Shown: one piece after another, positions 24,701-37,000 of the stretch
Layout of the letters: every line of letters starts with the position of its first letter
Position numbering within the stretch: position 1 is the first letter of the stretch
Origin: Trichosphaerium sp. ATCC 40318
Taxonomy: Eukaryota > Protista > Tubulinea
Assembly (NCBI GenBank): GCA_038496445.1
Contig: JALMLS010000507.1
Location: 62,001-126,000, forward strand
Reading direction: 5' to 3'
Length of the DNA stretch: 64,000 bases
Notes under the pieces: model-generated
What the model was told of the DNA's origin: nothing
Database searches by the model: none
Seen by the model: the letters and a program-made list of their open reading frames with translations, nothing else
Position numbers and translations under genes: made by a program

Positions 24701-26504
24701 AAATGTTTTCTAGAGTCGGAGAAGTGTGTTGAAGCCAACCATTTTTTTTTAGTTCAAGTAGATTCTAGAAGCGTTTAGGACTTTGTGGTTTCATTACTCT
24801 TACCGTCCGTTTGGTTGTAGCAAAATTTCCCCGTCGCCTAGCTTGATCTAAACTAGGCCTCGAGGACCCTCCAATAAAAGACTTCAGGTAGTTGCCATTT
24901 TGCAAAAAGTTATACGAAACAACAACAACATCTACGACGAAAAGATTAAATAAAGTTAACTTCAATATTGGATATTGTGGATATCCTCACCTGCGTCTAT
25001 CAAATCCTTATATGTTAGGGCACGATGTTCTTTGATAACAGTACATTTGATGACCTAAACAGAGCGTAAATGACTGATTGAAATACAAAGAATATCAAAC
25101 CTTCAAGTCAGTTTTGCTTCGTTGCTGAAGTTCATCCACCCACTGTTGACATAAGTGATTTGGACAACAAACTAAGGCTGTGTTAGGCTAATGTGCTTGT
25201 TGAACCATAAAGGAGTTACCTAAAGTAGCTTTGCTTTGGAATAAAGCAACGAAGTCTGTCTCAGTTTCCTTCCAAGTTACCCCAGCTGAAACATCTTCAG
25301 TTGATGGATTTGTAACAATTAAGCCTAAAACCTCCATCGTCTTCCCTAGGCCCATCTCATCCCCAAGAATACCTCCTTTGTATGTCAAACTATATGAATA
25401 ATCGTCTCCAGCAGCCTCTACTTCCTCCTCTGTGAGGAACTTGCTTTCACCAAGAGAAAACGATAAAGAAGGTACACGCCATTGACTCAGTAAAGAATAG
25501 TCAAACTCAGTTCTTTGATCTACGTCATCCTCTACAGATTTCATCCATGCTACAGCGTCCATTTGATACTTATATAGAGTAATATTTAACTCCTTCGGAG
25601 ATACCATCTTTGGCAATTCACGCTAAGCCAGGTGAGCTAACGAATAAAGTATACTAAAAAAAAAGCCTGAGGCTTCGTACACGTGGTAAAAATGCGTCCT
25701 TGTTTGCCAACATCTTTACTCTCTCTGCAGCACATTTCTTGTATATATCACCGGCTACTCCCCAATGTAGTAATGGTTTCTAAAAAGAACAAATCAACAA
25801 CCTTCAAAAGACACAAACAGAAATAAAACCAAGTCAAAAACAAAGAGTAAAGTACCAGCTCAATGGAGACTGAATCGTCATCACGGCTCTTGTAAATGAG
25901 CCTCTCTAGTTCGCTCATATGAATAATAATATCCCAGCGCCATTCATCGTCCGTTACTTTAGTAATATCGAATTTCCAAAGATCTCCAGGGAAGACTTTT
26001 TGTGAAAAAAAGTTTGTTGGCATCTTTGTCAATAGCCTTGAAATGTAATTATTCATAGTTAGAGACATTGATCCGTCAGGAGAATCAACTTTTACTCTCG
26101 ACTAACTCTTATGGTTAGCAAAAGGAGCTTAAACATGTAATATACGCCGTACATAGTATTCATAAGCCTTCGTGGGATGTTTAATCAACCTACTGCCGTA
26201 TTTCATTTGCTCACCGTGTACACTAACCCATTGGAATAAACTATCCCTAGAAACGGCAAGCCATTGGCGCTAACGCGTAATAATCAGATTTTACACTTGT
26301 AGTTAAAACGGTTTCGGCGAAAAACGATCGTACGCTAACTAGACCGGCCAAAGGTACTTCAGGACGCTCAAGCTCAAGGAATATCATAAGTAGCACTTCG
26401 TAAGGTACAAATGGGCATTCTTCCACTTGTCGGGAGTTATTGATCGCCTCATTTAGCTCTGGTTGGAGCTGACGCTTTTTGGTAGGCTCTGTTGCCGCCT
26501 CCAT
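21763..26504 (-). CDS. Rad5/16-SHPRH-like SNF2 ATPase with N-terminal F-box and an inter-lobe SAP domain
   Basis: F-box VPYEVLLMIFLEL. Motifs GGILGDEMGLGKT, LVVCPNHLCQQW, WHRIICDEGHE, RWYVTGTP, YGTKL, VILFSQF, SASGTNL, EQQAIGRAYRMGQ. SAP-like WNKKQLTAYLKSRNLSTKGKKELLLDRI. Confidence 0.9.
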
Positions 26505-27183
26505 CTTGTTAATGATTAACTGAGACTATCAAACTTAACAAAAAAAAATGATGTTAAACTTTAATTCGAAGAATCAGCGCCACTTGTTTCACTCTCAAGC
26601 TCTTTTTATTGTTTGTTGTTGCACTTAATCCTGTGGTTTACCACTGCGATAATATAAGGGGCGGAGCAACAAAGAAATACCTCACATAACAAGTGCGCAC
26701 GTAAAATGATGGTAATAAAATGAGAATGCTAGAATTTTCGCGCCATTTTAACCCTTGGTTCACTTGGACACCTGGTTGCCCTCCGCGACAAAGTAATGTT
26801 TAGTGAAGCCAAAGGGTTTAGTGATTAACAGATAATTTATGTTGGAAATTCTAGTACGACTGTAAAGGAAACTGGGGAGCCTACGTTGCTTTCAATATGA
26901 TAAATTGTATTTGAAGCTTATGGTTTAATTTTAGGTCGTAATGCCGCTCATCGGTTGAATGTTAGCGCTCAACCTGCCATTACCATAAAACCAAGAATGT
27001 CCACCAAACAATGTTCTATTATTGCCCAGGCGATACCTATGTACCAGGTACCAAGGGCGCTACTTGTTAAAGACTCAGCTGCGCCCACGACACTATGCCA
27101 TATTTATGGATACTGTAAATGCCCTCACAGTCAAAATAAGTACTGCCAACACTAGATAATTCGAAACTACATTGCTGGCAGTG

Positions 27184-28038
27184 ATGGAATCAAAAACAAG
27201 AATGATTGAAGTAAAACAAGGGAATACAACACTTACAAACATCATTACTGATGTATTCTACGAAATACTACAAAACCTACTGTCTACAAGTGCTTTGAGT
27301 TGTGTACAACTCAAATCAACTAACAAACAAATGAAAGAGCAAATTGAGAAATATTTTGGCTCTACAACAAACCTCAAATCATCAGTGTATTTTAGCTTGC
27401 TGTGTCCGAGCATGGTACCGTTATTAATACCAAATATTATTTCGGGCAACATGAAATTCATTTCAACCAACAGTGAAGCACTGTGTTTAGGTGATGATTT
27501 TATTGACTCTTTTTATCCTTTATTTGAAGTATTCGAAAACATAGAATATGCAGAAACGACTTCAATGGTTCTTCCAAAACATTGTTTGTGTGGTTGTGGT
27601 AACTTTTGCTCAGTAACTATAGACAAGACACGGCTTTGTAAGTACTGTTCAGTACATTATGACGAAGATGAAGAAGAAGAAAGTGATGATGAGGATATTG
27701 GAGGTGAAGAAAAAACACTAAATAAGAAGATACATTACCACAGCTGTTCGGAATGTGATGATGCTAGCAATGTACATTTTCTATGGAAAGGCAGAAACTT
27801 GTGTAATGACTGTATTACAGCATATGCCCTCCGTTTTATGAGATACTGTATTAAGCATAAAATGATTTGGTTAAAGACATGTGACACATCTGACTCAGAC
27901 TACAACGCTGTTGTTGGTCACCTTGAAGAAAATTGGGCTGTGTTTGATATAAACCAATATGTAGTCTATAATTTATGGAACATGGGGAGTATGAATGGCA
28001 CCTTAGGCGTATGGTTTTGTATGAAACAAAATGTATGA
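27184..28038 (+). CDS. Intronless protein with divergent F-box-like N-terminus and Cys-rich (possibly Zn-binding) segments
   Basis: Single ORF of about 284 codons. LTNIITDVFYEILQNL...LKSTNKQM is F-box-like; also CxCGC, CxxC pairs and an acidic run. Confidence 0.65.
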   Translation: MESKTRMIEVKQGNTTLTNIITDVFYEILQNLLSTSALSCVQLKSTNKQMKEQIEKYFGSTTNLKSSVYFSLLCPSMVPLLIPNIISGNMKFISTNSEALCLGDDFIDSFYPLFEVFENIEYAETTSMVLPKHCLCGCGNFCSVTIDKTRLCKYCSVHYDEDEEEESDDEDIGGEEKTLNKKIHYHSCSECDDASNVHFLWKGRNLCNDCITAYALRFMRYCIKHKMIWLKTCDTSDSDYNAVVGHLEENWAVFDINQYVVYNLWNMGSMNGTLGVWFCMKQNV

Positions 28039-28342
28039 TTGTCAGATAAACTCTATTAGTTCTTAACTTCAACATGTCTACTAAAATCTGAACTAAAGTT
28101 ACAAGCATTACAATAAAACACAAAGATTGTGGCAGAGTTATTATAGTTTTTATTGGTTCAATTCTGGGTTACATGAAACAACAAAAACGCTTGACCTTGA
28201 TGATACTGTAGTTCTATTTATTAAGCTTTATTTGTTACAAAACGCACATCTGATTCATCTTACCAAAGTCAAAGGAAGATAAAACAAAAAATGTGGAGAA
28301 AAAAAACCTTTGTGTTCAGCTCTTCTATTGCTAAGCATCCTA

Positions 28343-30560
28343 TTACATAAAGATAGTATAAGCTTGTAGACCCAAGTGAATTATAACAGCAAACAAGATA
28401 ATATAAGTATATATGCTTGTAGAACTTGAAGAACCAACATTGTTGTAAGTAGCTTTCATCTTTTTAGACAAAGCACGGATTTGAGTTTGAAGAGCTGTAA
28501 CTTGAGCCTCTATGCTCTCCAACTTTTTACGTGTCTTTTTAGTATTCTTAGTGCTCTTTGTACTACCAGTACTCCTTTAGTAAACAGTAAGTAAACAAAG
28601 AATGATATTGACTTAAAACGTAGAACGTTTTGTTCAAAAACTATTAGTAGTGTCTACGTGAGTAAAGTGATCAATTGCGAGTAGATGAATGTTCAAGTAG
28701 CTGTCCAATGACGCGTAAATTCCAAAAAAATCCAAACTTTAGTCTGTTTTTTCAATCGAATTTCACAGACGTACTTTGTGCTGTTTTCTTCGTCTTTATG
28801 CTTATGTAAAGAACGTCTAGAAGATTTTCTAATATGAAATTATACAGTGGTAAACTTCAATAAAATGATTCAACTCATAAGAGAGTACTAAAAGCGTACG
28901 AAGGCACTCTGAGGCTTGAGCTTTGTGAAGCATTACTCTTCTTTGTTATAGAGTCAGCATGATCTTCAGGATCACCCTCAGTATTCTCCCCTTTATCACC
29001 ATGATCAGCGCTCTTAGAGTGCCTGTGTTTACTAAACATGAGTCAATAAACTTTGAAAAAAAAAAACATCATAGGAGTGAAACCACACCACGTCACGTGA
29101 TATGACTAAAAGAATGTGATATGCTAGCTTACCCTTTCTTATGTTTCTTACTCTTCCTTTCAGTCTTAGGTTCTTCAATTTGGACTACCTCCTCCTCTTC
29201 TTCGGACTCCTCAAAATCTCTAATTAAAAAAAGTTAAAAAAACACCCTTATGTAAGAATATGACTTACGCATTGTCTCCCCATGGGTCATTACGAGGCTC
29301 AGGGGCTTCATAAGTACCACCAAACTGGCTTGGTAAGTTATCCTCATCAATCACACGAAGCAACCGCTTTTTATAACCGGAGGTACCAAGAAAGTGTACC
29401 TTTGAAATAATAACAGTTAGCCAATGTTTCAAAGCCATAAAAAAACACGTGTTGCACGTGTCTGTCACATGTACCTTAGCAACAGTGTTTTTATCCAAGA
29501 ATAAGCTAATTGCACGCCAAAATGCATCGAATAACCATGAGTTATAAACCAAGAAACAACATCCCAATCGCTCTGGGTAGTAATCTTGTAAAATTTGTGC
29601 TACACTCTTAACCAAGTTCAAATCAGTATTTTTGTTTTGAGAATCCTAAAATAATACTATTTAGCATGCAAACCGATTAACATAATGTTAGATATAGGTT
29701 ACATATCTTCAAATTAAATGAGAGGTGAAGCTCAAAGTCAAAAAAAAAGATTGGGTTTTCACTTAAATAGCCCTTGTCAAGAAAAAAAAAATCGCACTTT
29801 GAAGTCTACAATGACACATAAACGCTCCAATCCGTCTACCATTAGATCATTGCATATGTATTCCATAAGATATACAAACTCTATTATAAATAACGGGGTT
29901 TAGGAACAGTACAAGACAGGAAAATAAACGGAGAAAAAAAACCACAAATTCTTGAAAAATCAACATTAAACGCACCTTTGTGAATTTCTGACTCGACACG
30001 TTTCTTTGGGTGATGATATTTTATTCTACGCAACGTTAAAAGACTTGTATCTTAATAGTGTCAAAGAATTATAATCTGTTTTTTATCTCTAAAACAATGT
30101 ATTCGCAACTAAAACGCACCTTGTGACTATTACAGGGCGATTGAATTTATCCGGTTTGGGTAAAATGTAATAAGTTCCCCATCGCTTTAAAGTGTTTTTA
30201 TGGTCTTTAGTACTACCTATAATTACTGTTATTACAGTTTGTGACGTAAATCGTGCCAAATTCGTGGCGCCAGGCGGCGTAGTTGGTAAACATGAGTAAA
30301 GATTTGCTCAACGAGTAGTTTCTAGCGCGCAAGAACCGGTACAAAGACGCTTCAGACACGTCAATGTTTACGTCGTCTTGGTATTCAGGGTGCTCTTGTA
30401 GTAATTCGCCCACGGCATCTTTAAATTCAATGTATACCTTTCATTGTTGTTAAAACGCCAAAAAGTAAAAGACCAGATTTGTTTTATAACCACGTACTTG
30501 TTTCTGCTTCTCCGTTGGCGGATCTGGTAGAGTATTATATTTACTACCTTCGTCAGCCAT
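28343..30560 (-). CDS. Sec14/CRAL-TRIO lipid-transfer protein with charged linker, coiled coil and C-terminal tail anchor
   Basis: LYRFLRARNY, DKFNRPVIV, LQDYYPERLG, KVHFLG, IDEDNLPSQFGG. The apparent stop at 29265 lies inside a GTAAGT donor; splicing continues to DFEESEEEEE...KLESIEAQVTALQTQIRAL...IYTYIILFAVIIHLGLQAYTIFM-stop. Confidence 0.87.
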
Positions 30561-30833
30561 TTATGACACTAAGTATTGTGTGGTAACGTAAATAAAAAGC
30601 CAAACAAAAAAGTCAAAAATAGTAAGCAGGCTAATTTGGATGAGTGAGTTCTTAGCGATTCATAAAGTTATTTACGTGCGAGACAATCCCTCAGGTAATA
30701 GTTGTGATGTTTTACACAGGCTACACCAAACAGTACAATTCTGATTTTAAGCGTTTTTTTTTTTCACTTTTTCTACATTTAGTTTCTGATTGTTTTCTTT
30801 TTACATGGTTTGTTGGTGATTGTTGAAGGTACC

Positions 30834-32576
30834 TTACCATCCACCGCCACCACCACCACCGCCAAATGAAGATCCACCTCCAAATGATGAACTACCTCCA
30901 CCACCTGAAGACCTGGCTGGATTTCTGCTTGCGAAACTGCGATCATTTGCAAATGAACCAGTGTAACCTGGTTGTGCCCACGTGTTAACCATTCTGTTAG
31001 ATACATATCTAAATTATCATGTGAGTATACAACAACAGTAACAGTGAAAGGTTTAAAAACTACATACCTCGGATAGTGCATGTGCATCATCCATAAATGA
31101 AATCGAAGCTCTGCAGCAGACATTGGTGCCACACCTGGCCCGTGTGCGTGAGTCTGTGTCATATTAGTTGCTGTATTGTTGACACTCTTAGGAGGTCTTC
31201 TAGGTTGACTAGGTTCCCCAGCTGCGTCTTTACGGCAAATAGGACATTTATCAGACGTCTAACAGAAGTTAGAAAGCTCAAAAAAAGAAACAAAAGGTAT
31301 TGTTTTTGAACAACAATGTAAAAAAAATTCACTGAAAACCAGGTTTGTGATATGTCAGTGTCGACGTGTCAAAATGACTCATAATATTTTTGGTTTGCTG
31401 TAACATTGAAAAACAAAACCCACTTATATATATTACCTTCATCCACTCTAATAGACATGCTTTGTGGAATTTGTGCCCACAATTCAACACAATTGCTGGT
31501 TCCTCTTCTTTTTCCTTTTTTCTATCAGAATCATCTTCACTATCTTCTTCTTTTTTATCAAAATCGTCGAGGCAAATAGGGCACTGCTTCATTAAGTACT
31601 TGTTCGCTTTTTTAAGCTTTTCTATTTTTTTCAATTTTTCTCTGCAATCCTTGTACTCGATACGTTGCTTGTTACCTCTCCAGATCAGCCACACAAATAC
31701 AAATCCGCCACATCTAAGAAGTAAGAAAAGTTAATAACATTCAACACCAAAAAGGTGATTGTAGGCAAGTATCACGTGCACAAAAAGACATACACAAACA
31801 TCAAACCAACAAAAACGTCATCCCATGTGAGCGCATTAATATCCTCTCCATTAAGTACATCACGTATTAGTCCTGCTCCTAGAACTATAGCATCACCATA
31901 ATCACCTAAACAAAATAAGAAAGCCACACAACATCAGGAGAAAACGATTAAAAAAAAAACCAAAAAAAGTCTTTTTTGGCTGTTTCGTACCGTCTTTAAG
32001 GTCTGGCTTCATTCTGTTTATGACATCAATAGATAAGCTATCAGTGAGCATATGTTTAACGTCACTTCCAGTGGAAATGTATGCATAGCGGTCATTTATG
32101 GAAAGAAAGAAAACAATTCCACTCTGACAATCTGAGTGTCCTACGCCCCATTTATCATGAAGACGTTTGGCGAACCTCTTTGCTGCCTGTACAAAAGAGT
32201 AAATAATGTTAAAATGGTTAATAGTTATTAATTTACACTCTCTTTTGTTTCTCGTGAACTGTACTGCATGCGTGATATCACAACGATGGCTAACTGAGTT
32301 TCTCTTCCACAAGCGAGTTTAATATCGCTCACTTCGTGTATTATTGCGTCTACTTTCTTTGCGTATTGTTTTGAAACGAATTTGTTAGGGTTACAAAAAA
32401 ACGACTTCTTTGTACGCCCACATTGTTCATAGTCCTATTTTTATTCATAAACAGCGTAATTAATAGTAATAACGTACTTTTACAGGGTTTGGAATATCTT
32501 CTACACTCCATTTTTTATGGGCGCTGAGCGCAAATGCTGTAGCTACTATCAATGCTACTAAAGCAATCAATTTCAT
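30834..32576 (-). CDS. Signal peptide - TPM (MOLO-1/Psb32-like) domain - TM - RING-H2 - Gly-rich tail
   Basis: MKLIALVAL.., WSVEDIPNP, FCNPNKF, FAKRLHDKWGVG..GIVFFLSINDRYAYISTG, a TM, CPICL..CGHKFHKACLLEW..CPICR, ending FGGGSSFGGGGGGGW. Confidence 0.85.
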
Positions 32577-32665
32577 GTGCTGACTGGATCAAAATGACAG
32601 TTGAGTACAAAGGCACACTTAATAGCTTATACTTAATCACGCTGACACTGGTACCAGAAGACACC

Positions 32666-34904
32666 ATGGAACTCGATAAACGAGAAGAACGTGACACCAA
32701 GCTTGAAGAAATATGTAAAGGACTAATACCTAAAAACCACATTATGAAGCTAATGAACCTCACTGGGATATGGCCAGGTACCGTAACAGAACGCCAAAGA
32801 AGTTTTAGTCTCTTCTTGGAACGTACCTTTTTTGACATGCTACAGGCGGGTTTCTGGCCACTTTGCCAGTATCACCAGAGCATATTGACGCAATGAAGCC
32901 AATAAAAGCGATTACAACAAGCGTAGGCTTGACAAATCCTGACATGCCAACAGGCATGCAAGCAATAGCTCCAGAACTAACCAGGAATCAAGGTACGTGA
33001 CTGTGCTTCGCCGTAATGCCTTTGTTTATGAGCACCACTAGATCCCGCTCCTCCTGGATTGGAAGCAATTTCGTACTCGTGTACACTTGGTTCACGAGCA
33101 CCACGTGCTGTTCCTGATGGTTAGAAACTACATCTATTTTTTGTTCATTTTATTAAATGACTCCCAAGGTAGCGCTGGTTATGGATACGAAGTTATGGTA
33201 TTGGGCACTGAAGCAGAACAATGGCACATGTCTCTTCATAATATACTCCTTCCTGATGAAATCAAACACGGCACGTTCGAGTAAAAGCAAGAAAAAAGAG
33301 TTTGCTGCGAAAAACTGTCAAAAAATATTTTGTTTTACACCTAACACTCTTTAATAAGATATTGATGTGCTTGGAAAAGTTGAGGAGTATGGTTTTTGTA
33401 TCTACTACAACGTTCAAATAGCTAAATCAACTCACAAACATTTTTTGGTATGCAACGGCAGTGGCCTCTTCTATTCTTATTTTTATCCTAGATAACGAAG
33501 CCAGATGGCCGTTGCCCACTCCCCGTTGAAGACTCAGTATCATATGGCAAGTTCAAGATATTGATTGCAACTGCTATTACTATAGACGAACTATGCCATT
33601 GTCTGCTTGAGAAGGAAGGCTACAAGCACGTGATAGATGCTCTATACTCAAAAGGCATTGGCCAATGTAGTCAACTTGCTAGAGCTAGTGTAGTACGTAC
33701 AAGAGTTTCAGATATTAATAAAATTGCTTACCGTAACACTTTACTGTAAAGGTACCCAAGGCAAAACTCTTTTCAGATGAAACATTTAATGCTATACGAA
33801 CTGGAGATTTAACAACCCTACAATCTACCATTGATAAACGTACTCATCTCATTAACAACCGGCTTCTAGACATAAACAGCTTGGAGTAACAATACTAGTT
33901 AGGGACTCTTTAGATAAATCTCACGAAAATAAGGCTATGCGCACCTTCATACTAGGCACGTGTTTTTTTTTCGTTTTACAGTGAATAATTGGTTGTTTTT
34001 ACAGGCTCTACAATTTCCACTGGTGTTCACCATCCACTTGTTTTGGCAGCTAGTTGTAAAAACCTTGATGCTTGGAAAATGTTATACGACTCAAAGTTAC
34101 CTATGATGACACCAGTAACAATAGCTGACGGAAGGAAAAACCCAATCAGTGCGTAACAAACACAATTATTTTCCGGTAACAAATAAAGTTGATATTCTAT
34201 TATAGGTGCATCTCTTGTTATAGCGCTACTAAGCGGTAATCATGTATTGGTTGACTACATATTGAGCTTGGAAAAAGCACCTGATGTGAACAAAATAACT
34301 AACTATGATAAATCTAGAGCACCGCACATGGCGTGCATGAGGTAAAGGTTAAGCAATGTCTGACACTTTATATAAACATAAACCTAGTGGAGACGTACCA
34401 GAACTGTTTAAAGTACTACATAAGCACAAATGCGACCTCAGCATTCAAACACCAAGCGGTAAGATTACTATCAAGTGTTTTTTGCTTATTTTAATGTAGG
34501 TGCAACTGCGCTTCACTTGTTGGCTCAATTCGGTCACACTGAGGCTATGAAGTATATCCTAAGCGTGGACAAAAGCTTTGTTAACTCTGTACGTTGATGT
34601 TATTAGATTATTCTTATTTGTCTAGGTTGATTGTCATGGCGCTTCAGCTTTACATTTGGCTTGTGTAAGAAACTTTCCACAATGTTGCACGTGAGTATTC
34701 GTTGTTATTTTTAGATGTATTTCTAATTTTATTGTAGTATATTGAAGAATGAAGGAATAGATATAAATATTGTGGCCAGAGGATTAAAAGCACACGAATT
34801 AGCAATGCAGTGTACGTTTTTGTTTTTTTTGATACTTTGTGATTTGTTTAATTAAGAAAATAGTTGGAAATGAAGCGTGTGCTATGGCAATCTTATCAGA
34901 CTAA
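32666..34904 (+). CDS. Ankyrin-repeat protein with uncharacterised N-terminal domain
   Basis: HPLVLAA, SLVIALLSGNHVLVDYIL, PHMACMSG, GATALHLLAQFGHTEAMKYIL, GASALHLAC across many small exons. Confidence 0.8.
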
Positions 34905-35296
34905 ACACTATAGTGCATAATTGAAGGGTGTTCATTGAGTGTACTGGTATTAATATTGTTTATTTATACTTGTGATTTATTGACAAAGTAAAGTTGGTAA
35001 CAATAAAGTGTTCATCACTTCCCTGTACTCTACTGTACTGTATACTATGGTTGCACAATAAACAGCACAAAAATGATGCAGTGGTGAGAAATTGCACTGT
35101 AAAGATCCATAAAGCAGCAAAATTGCAAATCGATATTTTGTGAATTTCTACAATTTTGACAAATTGTAAAAGTTAACATGCTGCCTATGTCTTGTATTCT
35201 GCGCTCGCAACTATAATTGTACGTTGAACACTGACGACGAAAAGCAGCATCCAGGAAAGTCGTAAACGGTCGCTTCACTGTTCGAAATCAGACAAA

Positions 35297-36632
35297 ATGA
35301 CTTCAACTCCAATAAGCAAGCTACCAGAACATAATTTTAACTTAGGCGTATGGGAGGGTGAATACACAATCCTTACGCTAGATGGAGGCGTTACAGAAAG
35401 GTACAAGAGTAAAATAGAAGTAGATACAAAGGGAGACAAGTTCCTTCAACGTAACACGTACACAAAGAACGGTGTAGTAACAGTATGATGACTTATGTTG
35501 CGTTTGTCTTTTTTTTATTGTTTTTCAATTCCAATCAATCCATTGTCATACAACTGACTGTATTCAATAGCCTCATTTCTTCGCTGCTGATATAACGGAT
35601 ACTGGTCTTAGTTATAAAACAGAAAACTTAGAAGCAAAGTCTTGGGAGATACAAGACTGCTGTCTTATATTCTATGCGTCAAAGAGTATTCTAAGAGCAA
35701 ATGGTGAAACAATGACTGAAGTTATAACGAATAACTCTGATAATACATGGAGAGAACGTACAATGCAGGTACAGGACCATATTTTTATAGTTTCGAACAA
35801 CCAATTATGGCTAACTGCCAAAAACTTTCGCTTTGGTAAAAAGACCAAATCTATCCGCCAGTGATTCATATAGCCGTATACGGCTTTAATGTTGGAATAA
35901 TGGAGTTTATTCGACTTATCGATAAAAGAGATTAACGATAATGCGGTTTTACGCCATTTCTACGCATGTGTATTACTCTACGAGTAATTAGAGAACTTCA
36001 TAGCAAAGGCGAAATTACCACTTTTACGCGGCTAGTATAAGCCTTTCAACTCTCTAAAAGAAGTGTACCGACTTGCAGTGTTTATTTTCACTGGCAAGTC
36101 ACTCAAATTGTTTTTGCCAACGAGCTTTAAGCTAAAAAAGCAAAAATGGCAAAAACCGTATCATTGTTAATTTTTTTTATTGATAATGCGGGTCAATTCT
36201 TCGTTTTTTTGCTTTCTCGACATAATTTTATGTATCGCAGAAGCGTGGTTGACATCTGGGTATAAATATTGAAAGTAGTATTTGCCGACTTTTTGTGTAG
36301 CTGTACGCTAGACTTCGTTTATACTACCCCGTAAAAATACTTCACCTTTTAGACCTGGTACAACTTGCTCTGTAAAAAAGTGTTTGTAATTACTTGAGTT
36401 TTACCTCCAGAAAAAAATTTTGTAGATGTCAATCACGTGGCAAGCCTGTAAATAGAATTTTTTATGTGTACCTAAAAGTTGTAGTTTGTGGCTAATTTGA
36501 TTGTAGGTTGTCGATTCAAAAACAGGGAAACTTATTCGTATTGTTCAGGCTTCCGAAAAGCGAATTGCAGACAAGGCGCCAGATACCTTGTTTGAAGAGT
36601 ATGAAAAGAGTAAACTGCAAAAAAAAGACTAG
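35297..36632 (+). CDS. Second DUF3598-like beta-barrel protein
   Basis: LGVWEGEYTILTLDG..YKSKI..FLQRNTY..WE..EVI..RERTMQ|VVDSKTGKLIRIVQASEKR. The last exon is reached through a 738-nt intron (35769-36506). Confidence 0.68.
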
Positions 36633-37000
36633 AGAGTAAAGCTCCTTAGGTGACTAGGAATGAAATGAATGAACTTGCTACTCTTTAAATAAAATAGTGA
36701 AAAAAACCCCCATGATTTGTTTATTCTTACGCAGCCACTTCGATGTCATAATGAACTTGAGTTACTATCTGTTTTAATCAGCTTCTTTCTGAGTACTTTT
36801 CTATTCTACTCTTTTCTAGCCACATCGGGCACCATTCCTTGATTTCACTATTGACTTGTCACTCTCTGCTTCCATAACATTGTTGTACCAACTATTCTTT
36901 GTTAACTTAGGGACCGAGGCTCTAGTCTTGAAATACATTTCTGCTGACTTCCAAGCCAGTCCACACTTGTTATCTTGAATACTGTACAGCTCGTCTCAGA

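Noticed and set aside
26930-27155. Short Cys-containing ORF upstream of the intronless F-box-like gene
   Set aside because: No ATG start, no recognisable family, and no convincing exon chain.
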